Origin: Candidatus Eiseniibacteriota bacterium
GTDB lineage: Bacteria > Eisenbacteria > RBG-16-71-46 > SZUA-252
Length of the DNA stretch: 64,000 nt
Assembly (NCBI GenBank): GCA_036505295.1
Contig: DASXTQ010000019.1
Location: forward strand, 4,446-68,445
Direction of reading: 5' to 3'
Notes under the pieces: model-generated
Told to the model about the DNA's origin: nothing
The model's database searches: none
What the model saw: only the letters and a program-made list of their open reading frames with translations
In this document: positions 57,713 to 64,000 of the stretch, one piece after another
Position numbering within the stretch: position 1 is the first letter of the stretch
How the letters are laid out: every line of letters starts with the position of its first letter
Made by a program: the position numbers and the translations under genes

Positions 57713-58657
57713 ATGAACCGGGCAGGGATTCTTCAGTTGCTCGAGCAGTTCCCCGAAAGGCACCTATCGGCACTTGCGTGGTTCGAGCAGCATGCGGGCC
57801 AGGAGGTTGCGTGGCCGAAGCCGCTGCCGGACGGGACCCTCCTGGCGGCGAAGGCGAAGGGTATTTACAAGCCCGCTTGGTCGAAGTACGCGCTCTCTGT
57901 GCGACAGTCTCTTGGCGGTCCCTATCCCGACCGCGAGATCGAGATGCGACCCGATGGGGGCTGGCGACTCGAGTACTTTCAAGAGGATCTCGATCCCGGA
58001 CGCCGTGATTCGCAGTTCACCAACGTTGGACTGATGGAGTGCTGGAAGGATGTCGTACCGGTGGGGGTCTTGGTTCAAAGTGTCGCCAGGCCGGGCCCTC
58101 GGTACCGCGTCTACGGCCTAGCGCTTGTGACGGGCTGGGACGGCGGGTACTTCTACCTTGAGGGCCTTGCCCGCGGGGATCGCGGCTGGTCTCTCAAGGT
58201 GGTGCCGACGGCGACGACCCGTGCGGATCTCCTCGCGGAGGACTTCGAGCCGACCTCGCTTGAGGACCGCCGGCGCGAGACGAACCGGATGATCGTCCTT
58301 CGTCAGGGTCAACAAGGCTTCCGTCGGGCGCTGCTCTTGGCTTACCAAGGGCGATGCGCAATTACAGGCTGCGATGGGGTGCAAGCCCTCGAGGCCGCGC
58401 ACATCGTACCCTACCGCGGGCTCGTGACGAACCACCCCACGAACGGACTTCTCCTTCGTGCCGACATCCACAACCTGTTCGACCTGGGACTGCTCGCCAT
58501 TGACCCGGCGAACCTCAAAGTGTTGTGGAGCAGCGAGCTTGATGGCACTTCCTACGTGCCGGTGTTGAGAGGGGCGACGGTCCGACGGCCGGTCGACTCG
58601 GGCCTGGCACCGAGCCAGGCTGCGCTGCGAATCCACCGGGAATGGGCTTGTCTATGA
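57713..58657 (+). CDS. HNH_2-family endonuclease with ~230-aa N-terminal putative recognition domain (candidate modification-dependent/Type IV restriction enzyme)
   Basis: C-terminus CAITGCDGVQALEAAHIVPYRG...NGLLLRADIHNLFDLGLLAID is HNH_2. The fold of the N-terminal domain is unassigned. Confidence 0.7.
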   Translation: MNRAGILQLLEQFPERHLSALAWFEQHAGQEVAWPKPLPDGTLLAAKAKGIYKPAWSKYALSVRQSLGGPYPDREIEMRPDGGWRLEYFQEDLDPGRRDSQFTNVGLMECWKDVVPVGVLVQSVARPGPRYRVYGLALVTGWDGGYFYLEGLARGDRGWSLKVVPTATTRADLLAEDFEPTSLEDRRRETNRMIVLRQGQQGFRRALLLAYQGRCAITGCDGVQALEAAHIVPYRGLVTNHPTNGLLLRADIHNLFDLGLLAIDPANLKVLWSSELDGTSYVPVLRGATVRRPVDSGLAPSQAALRIHREWACL

Positions 58658-58660
58658 CGG

Positions 58661-59128
58661 TTAGTGAGAGCATTTCCGCAACCGGGCTTTCGACGAGCAA
58701 ACTTGGCGGATGAGCGCTGAAGCCGCTGCTTCAGGGTCTCGCACGATGTCGGTCTCCCACAGGCGCGTCACCGTCCACCCGAGGTCGCGGAGCATTTTGG
58801 TCACCCGCCTATCGCGAGCACGGTTCGCTAGGATCTTGGGGATCCAATAGTAAGGATTGGAGCCACGCGCGAGCTTTCGCCGCCGCGAGGGCCATCGGTT
58901 GCCGTGCCAGAAGTCCCCGTCGCAGAACACAGCCACCTTGGCGGAGACGAACACGATGTCGGGGCGGCCGGGAAGCGCCTTCGCGTGAAGGCGGAAACGT
59001 GCCCCGAGGCGCCAGAGGGCCCTGCGGAGGAGAATCTCCTGGCGAGTGCCTCTCGCGACGTTCCGGCGCTTGAGGGCCGAGGCCCCCTGCGACGACGATA
59101 CGAAAGCAGCAAATGAAGGAACCTTCAC
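58661..59128 (-). CDS. vsr: Very-short-patch-repair endonuclease
   Basis: ...RRALWRLGARFRLHAKALPGRPDIVFVSAKVAVFCDGDFWHG...LGWTVTRLWE matches the Vsr family. Confidence 0.85.
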   Translation of the reverse strand: MKVPSFAAFVSSSQGASALKRRNVARGTRQEILLRRALWRLGARFRLHAKALPGRPDIVFVSAKVAVFCDGDFWHGNRWPSRRRKLARGSNPYYWIPKILANRARDRRVTKMLRDLGWTVTRLWETDIVRDPEAAASALIRQVCSSKARLRKCSH

Positions 59129-60150
59129 CGGTGTGGCCTCTCGTGCGTCGGAGGCAGGCTGGCCAGCAGCTGATCCTCGCTGCCGCGGATGAGATCCCGA
59201 GGCCTTACCGGCCGCGATGCTCCGAGGTCGGAGCGGAACCGCACGTCAGTCACCCCGAAAGGGGGCGCCTCTTGGAGGCTCGGCACATCCTCTGCGCGGA
59301 AGTAAGCGAGTGACCCGCGCGCGGCTTCGCGATCGAACCGCTCGCCGATTGCCGCACGAAAAGTCGAGCCGAGTGTCGCTGTGACGATCGACTCAGCTTT
59401 GAGCATCAACTCAGGCGAGGGAGCCAGCGTCGCGCGAAGCTCGGCGAGGAGATCCTCCACGGATGTGCCTCCGCCCGCCCGCTCCACCAACACGGAAGCG
59501 ATCAACGCACGAACTCCGGCCGGTGGACGGAGCTGGTCGAGCGAGAAATGGTGAACACGCTCCCCGCCGCTTGCGCTCTTCACCTCGACACGTGCCATGC
59601 GTGAGCTGAAGTCAAAGCGATCGTCGGTCGCAACATGCCAGGCGGTCACGAGGTCTGCAGATCGCGGGGATTCCGCGATGAGCAGCACCTCCGCCCACAG
59701 GCCCTGAACCGACTCCCGCGGTGGAGCCTGAAGGGCGCGAAACAACTCGGCCATCGTCTCGACGGCGGAACCTATCGACCCGGGGTGTGGCGGCGAGGGG
59801 CTCGCCGCGATCAGAGTCCCAGCGACGAGAAGAAAGTGGTCCTGCAGAATGGTGTCCACGCTCATACAGGAGAAGATCGTGAAGACACCTTCCAGGGTTG
59901 TGCCGTCAGGGTGTCGCACGCGACACGGCCGAGCGTGCTCGATCCGAATGTGTTCCAAGGCCAGCGGGGGCAGGGAACTGGTCGTCCCGTCGCTCTCAAG
60001 GAGCACAAGCGCATGGTTTCGAGAGTCACGGGCGACCCGGAATCCGGGGCGTCCGGGCACCTGGTGGGCCACGAGAACAGGAGAGTCCAGGGGAGAAGGA
60101 GGGGGACTCGGCAAGCTCGCAAACAGGGGGCGAAGGTCCAGCATAACCAC
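59125..60150 (-). CDS. PD-(D/E)xK nuclease-like protein (restriction endonuclease-fold)
   Basis: WHVATDDRFDFSSRMARVEVKSAS is a D...(E)VK catalytic signature. The gene is embedded in the Z1/GHKL operon and its stop overlaps the vsr start. Confidence 0.5.
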   Translation of the reverse strand: MVMLDLRPLFASLPSPPPSPLDSPVLVAHQVPGRPGFRVARDSRNHALVLLESDGTTSSLPPLALEHIRIEHARPCRVRHPDGTTLEGVFTIFSCMSVDTILQDHFLLVAGTLIAASPSPPHPGSIGSAVETMAELFRALQAPPRESVQGLWAEVLLIAESPRSADLVTAWHVATDDRFDFSSRMARVEVKSASGGERVHHFSLDQLRPPAGVRALIASVLVERAGGGTSVEDLLAELRATLAPSPELMLKAESIVTATLGSTFRAAIGERFDREAARGSLAYFRAEDVPSLQEAPPFGVTDVRFRSDLGASRPVRPRDLIRGSEDQLLASLPPTHERPHR

Positions 60151-62376
60151 TCACACAGGTGAGTCTGTCTGGACCACCCATTCCTCCGCCATAGCTCTCG
60201 GGACCCAGACCGCAAGCGCGGGGACCTCGCGAGCCACGACCTCGCCAGCGTCACTCGAGAGGGTCACCCAGTGGACCTGCACCGTGAGCATCTCGCGCAC
60301 GCAGATCTCACGGTCGCCGGGATATACGACGGGGCCCGTCCTCGGGTTCTTGCCTTGGAAGAGTTGGAGAATCTCGCCTCGGCCATTTAGGGAGCGATCG
60401 CGCTTCTGACCGCTGCTCATGATGAAGACAGTACATTGAGCGTCACGATTGCGGGCGAGGAAATCCTCCACTTGGAGCTGAAGACCGAGGTAGGGGTACT
60501 GGTCAAACTGACTTGTGACCATGAAAGGAACGAGCAGATCTTCGTAGGCACGGCGGAGAGGTATCGTGGCAACCAGGTGCCGCTGAATTGGCGTGCGGTC
60601 CGGGTGGCCGTCGTTCTCAGTCAGAGCGAGCGGGGCAATAAACCTTTGCACCACCCCGCGGTTGTTGAGCACGCCGTCGTCAGAATGATGGGGGGCTTTG
60701 GGCTCGAACCACTTGTCTGAGAAGCTGCCTTGCTCGTGGACGAGGTCAAGTACCTGAACCCGAGTAGGACGCAGTGCGCCGTCGAGGAAGAATCGCCGGC
60801 GCCAGTCCGAGAGAGGCAGGGACCGGTGCTCGAGATCCTCGAGTTGACGGCGGATGTCCTCCTCATGACGAACGTAGCGGCCGTAAACACGCAAAACATC
60901 TGCCTCCAGAAACACTCTGCAGTACCCGACGTAGGACAGCTTGTACCCGAGGAAGCGCGCCCGCTGCTGAATCGTGTCGGCATTGCCGACTCCCAAGGAC
61001 CTCGGCATATAGGTGACGGTGAGGCCCTCCACGGTGAATCCTCGGTCCATGGCCTGGCCCCCAACGAGGATGAACGGGTAGGCCTGCCGCCACTCGACCT
61101 GCGGTGTGGCGCCGGCTCTGGTATTGACTTCCTGAACAACAGTGCTTCTGAGCACCCGCGGGAGGGCGCGGCAGAGGTCCACAAAAGGGGGCAGGTCTGG
61201 AACGGTCCGGCTGAGGTCGTCGTTCGCGTGGGCAAAAACGGCGATTAGATCCTGCCTGTCCGGATCCACCTCCGGGAGGCTGAGAATGCGCTCCCACTCA
61301 CGCTTGGCTTGGCTCACCCAATGGAAGTACTCCCCGTGGGAGAGCACCTGCTGCGATGGGTGCACCAGCATTGTGCGGCTGCCCCAGGGAGGGCCGGGAA
61401 TGTGGCCAGCAGCCGCGCCGAGGAAAAACAACCGCATCGCGAAGAGCAGGGTTGGCGGAGGCTGATGGAGTGGGGCCAGCGGTGTGGGTATTTCGCTGAG
61501 AGGGATCTCCCGAATCTGGCCGGGGCGCTCGAGGAAGAGTTCGCGACCACCTATGTACTCGGGGCCGGACGTCAGGAGCTTCGCAAAGCGCGGCGATAGA
61601 ACGTCAATGAGGTTGATGAGAAGTGGCGCCTGCGGCGTTGCCGTGTACTGCAGGTATGAGTGGTGGGGGAGGGCTGCACGCAGGTCCAGCAGCTGTCTGT
61701 ATGTAGAGCTTTGCTCAGCTTGGCGAATCCGCGTATTGAGGCCCGCCTGGTCCGCCTCGTCGTCGATGATGAGAGCCGGGACTGCCTCGAGGTCAAGGGC
61801 CCTCAACAAGGCAATCAGGTTCGTCAGGTGCCGGTGGTTCTTCATGACGGTTACGAGGATCGTCTGACGCTCGGCAGCAGGGACTGTGTCGTCGTGCCAT
61901 TCGGCAAGACGCGCCCGCATTACCTGCAACTCCACGACACCCGGCCCGGGATTGGAGAAGAACTGCCACTGCCGGTCCGGGCGCGAATCGAGACGAAGGT
62001 CTCGTCGGAGGCGGTCGGTGGACTGACGAAAGAGGGGTTTGGAGACTCCTGTGATGACGATCACAAGGCGGTAGCCATTGTCCCTTGCCAAGGCGGTCAC
62101 TGTCGTGAACGACATTGTCTTTCCGCTCTGGATGTGACCGATGACAAGCCCGGTCTGAGAATCGCCCCGTTCGGCGGGGGGTGTGCACCTGCCGAGCACC
62201 GTCGCCGCCTCGCTAAGTAGGCGCTGCTTACTTTCTAGAGATAGCTGTGCGAGGTTGTGGAGAAGTTCACGCGTCTCGCGACCCTGCGTAGGCCGCCAGC
62301 GGCACCCCTGCGGGACATCCGGGGACAATTCGATTAGCTCCGCGGGCTCTAGGCTGGGCGTTACTGAATCATGCAT
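60151..62376 (-). CDS. Z1-domain P-loop ATPase (741 aa)
   Basis: Walker A GHIQSGKTMSFTT, Walker B/DEAD-like LIIDDEADQAG. Size and order match Z1-family proteins of methylase-associated defence cassettes. Confidence 0.7.
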   Translation of the reverse strand: MHDSVTPSLEPAELIELSPDVPQGCRWRPTQGRETRELLHNLAQLSLESKQRLLSEAATVLGRCTPPAERGDSQTGLVIGHIQSGKTMSFTTVTALARDNGYRLVIVITGVSKPLFRQSTDRLRRDLRLDSRPDRQWQFFSNPGPGVVELQVMRARLAEWHDDTVPAAERQTILVTVMKNHRHLTNLIALLRALDLEAVPALIIDDEADQAGLNTRIRQAEQSSTYRQLLDLRAALPHHSYLQYTATPQAPLLINLIDVLSPRFAKLLTSGPEYIGGRELFLERPGQIREIPLSEIPTPLAPLHQPPPTLLFAMRLFFLGAAAGHIPGPPWGSRTMLVHPSQQVLSHGEYFHWVSQAKREWERILSLPEVDPDRQDLIAVFAHANDDLSRTVPDLPPFVDLCRALPRVLRSTVVQEVNTRAGATPQVEWRQAYPFILVGGQAMDRGFTVEGLTVTYMPRSLGVGNADTIQQRARFLGYKLSYVGYCRVFLEADVLRVYGRYVRHEEDIRRQLEDLEHRSLPLSDWRRRFFLDGALRPTRVQVLDLVHEQGSFSDKWFEPKAPHHSDDGVLNNRGVVQRFIAPLALTENDGHPDRTPIQRHLVATIPLRRAYEDLLVPFMVTSQFDQYPYLGLQLQVEDFLARNRDAQCTVFIMSSGQKRDRSLNGRGEILQLFQGKNPRTGPVVYPGDREICVREMLTVQVHWVTLSSDAGEVVAREVPALAVWVPRAMAEEWVVQTDSPV

Positions 62377-62397
62377 TGGCTCACTCTGCTCCTATGG

Positions 62398-63945
62398 TCA
62401 GGATTCGGAAAGGGCATGACGCAGCAGCTCATTGACGTTCCGGCGGAAAGTCCCAGCCATCTGGACTCCACTGTCCCGCGCGGCTACCTCGGACAGCCCG
62501 ATAGCAGCGCCGAGGCGAATGAGAGGCTCGAGCTGCTCGGCATCGCTCCCGGCGAATCGCAGCATAAAGGGATGACTCAGAGCGACCCTGAGCCCCAGCC
62601 GGCGCCTGATCGGCTGCGAGGGCGTTCCGGGTAGCGCGGAAGTGTCGGAGATCACAAGCCACTCATCCACAGCGGGGTCGTTGGTCATCTCGAGGTGGAT
62701 CTCCCATGGCACGCCATTAAGCTCGACGTTGATCTGCCTGCGCGTGATGAGGGGGGCGATAGCGAGGGCGCCGGGAGGATCGGCTCGGTCCGGCGAGGCC
62801 TCCAACTCCTGAAGAACAGGGCCCGCGTGCTCCTCGAGGGCATGAGCCGTGCGCTCCGTCGCGGCCTCGGCGGCGGCTTGGATCTCGTTTCGAGCTCGAA
62901 GAGCCCGATACTCCTCGGCCTGCTCAAGAAGGGCCAGCGGCTCTTTGTCCAAGTGCTCCCGAAGAAGCTCAAGAAATGTCTCTTCGTTCTCATCCCATGC
63001 GAAGCCGTCCTTGGTGTGGGTGACGGCAAAGCCCTCCAGTTCAAGCTCTCCGAAGAGCCGCTGGTAGCGGTAGCTGTTGGGGCGTCCGAAGATCTGCTCC
63101 GGCCGGTAGCCTTCGTCGGCGCTACCCTGGATGAGGCGTCGACGACGAAAGAGGGCAAACCCGGCCTCCGAGGTGCTCGCACGCTCACGGAGGGCGGCAA
63201 AGCCGCGGACGCCGAGTCCACCTCCAAGATCGAAGTCGATCTCCTTCCGCCAGGTTACGGCAGGCCCGCTGAGGTCCGCGTAATGTGGAGCATGAAGTAT
63301 CCGCGGCTCCGAGTAGATGAGCAACTCCCCGTTAAAGGTGAGGCGAAGGGAGCCGTCGCGAGTGAACATTCGGTAGATCCCGGCCAGATGGTTCTTCACT
63401 TTTCCTAGCGTTCGGCCCTGGGGAACCCGGTAGAGCCCCTCCATGACGATCTCCGTGAAATGCAGTCCTGGCGGGGCTGGGCGGGAGTGGACGCTAAGCT
63501 CCTCAATGCTGTCGCGCACGATCGAGGAGATGTCGAACTCCACCGTCTTCTCGGTCGGCTCACCAAGGGCCGAGGTGCGGACTCGCCACCGGGGAGTAAA
63601 CCAGCAGGCTGCGCTTTTCATGCCCATGCCGAACTCAGAGAGGCCGGATCGATCGGCTGGAATCTCCGCAGGCCGGAATGCCCGCGGGTAGACAGCGTCT
63701 TCGATGCCGGCGGCATTATCTCTGACGATTAGACTGCCCGGCGGCTCAGGGTCGAGGGCGATCTCCACCGCCAGAATGGCCTGGTCCCCGCCAAGCTCAG
63801 CGCGCTTAGGCATGAAGCTCTGAAGGGCGTTGTCAACAAACTCGGCAAGGGCGAACCAGGGTTTATAGTTCAGGTGCCGAAGCACCGAAAGGACGGTAAC
63901 GCCCGGACGGATGTTGACTGTGGTTGGAGTAGTGGCCGTACTCAT
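62398..63945 (-). CDS. GHKL-type ATPase (HATPase_c_3, MutL/MORC-like)
   Basis: ALAEFVDNALQSF...LIVRDNAAGI...SEFGMGMKSA is the Bergerat-fold N-terminus. Confidence 0.8.
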   Translation of the reverse strand: MSTATTPTTVNIRPGVTVLSVLRHLNYKPWFALAEFVDNALQSFMPKRAELGGDQAILAVEIALDPEPPGSLIVRDNAAGIEDAVYPRAFRPAEIPADRSGLSEFGMGMKSAACWFTPRWRVRTSALGEPTEKTVEFDISSIVRDSIEELSVHSRPAPPGLHFTEIVMEGLYRVPQGRTLGKVKNHLAGIYRMFTRDGSLRLTFNGELLIYSEPRILHAPHYADLSGPAVTWRKEIDFDLGGGLGVRGFAALRERASTSEAGFALFRRRRLIQGSADEGYRPEQIFGRPNSYRYQRLFGELELEGFAVTHTKDGFAWDENEETFLELLREHLDKEPLALLEQAEEYRALRARNEIQAAAEAATERTAHALEEHAGPVLQELEASPDRADPPGALAIAPLITRRQINVELNGVPWEIHLEMTNDPAVDEWLVISDTSALPGTPSQPIRRRLGLRVALSHPFMLRFAGSDAEQLEPLIRLGAAIGLSEVAARDSGVQMAGTFRRNVNELLRHALSES

Positions 63946-64000
63946 GCGCTAGTCCCCGGGTGCTCCTCAAGCGTCGCGATCCATGCCTCCAGGTCGCCCT
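63942..64000 (-). CDS. 3' end of upstream gene of the Z1/GHKL operon (truncated by window edge; plausibly the associated DNA methyltransferase)
   Basis: The minus-strand frame is open from the window edge to a TGA that overlaps the GHKL ATG (ATGA). The identity is inference from operon context only. Confidence 0.3.
   Translation of the reverse strand, partial: GDLEAWIATLEEHPGTSA

Noticed and set aside
1-64000. rRNA/tRNA/tmRNA/RNase P genes
   Set aside because: Scanned intergenic regions for conserved tRNA T-loop/anticodon architecture and for tmRNA and RNase P consensus blocks; none recognised. Coding density leaves no gap of rRNA size.

Overview
The window is high-GC (about 68-70%) bacterial chromosomal DNA with dense coding on both strands. 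Three proteins carry type-IX-secretion / FlgD-Ig-like C-terminal sorting domains, which suggests an FCB-group or Gemmatimonadetes-like organism. Positions 1-48.2 kb look like core chromosome: pyruvate phosphate dikinase (5' truncated), a GT2 glycosyltransferase, a 5-heme cytochrome c, a CDP-alcohol phosphatidyltransferase, a 2090-aa Ig-repeat surface protein followed by a beta-barrel/TPR outer-membrane protein, an RsbW-kinase/HAMP/PP2C fusion with its STAS antagonist, a VWA membrane protein, two lamin-tail-domain proteins, an aminotransferase, carbamate kinase, an ABC transporter, a NarL-type two-component system, three DinB_2 paralogs, a PLP decarboxylase, a di-haem oxidoreductase, and small stress-fold proteins (NIPSNAP, ACT, ABM). 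From about 48.2 kb to the end, GC drops (about 55-63%) after an AT-rich spacer carrying a palindromic operator. This accessory segment encodes an XRE regulator, a 10x TPR protein, an ArsR/AHSA1 pair, a GNAT, a small HNH protein, a nucleoside 2-deoxyribosyltransferase-like protein, a HAD phosphatase, a DprA/SLOG-like protein and a PRTase. These are followed by an HNH_2 nuclease convergent on a Vsr - PD-(D/E)xK - Z1 ATPase - GHKL ATPase operon whose upstream partner gene is cut by the window end (presumably the cytosine methyltransferase). Items worth following up: a candidate UxxC selenoprotein (in-frame TGA plus SECIS-like hairpin), IS481-type HTH domains fused to both partner-switching proteins, the nucleotide-centric NDT/HAD/SLOG/PRTase cluster, and the Z1/GHKL/Vsr defence cassette. 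No rRNA, tRNA, CRISPR or intact IS element was recognised. Long Arg/Ser/Pro-rich antisense ORFs are treated as GC artefacts.
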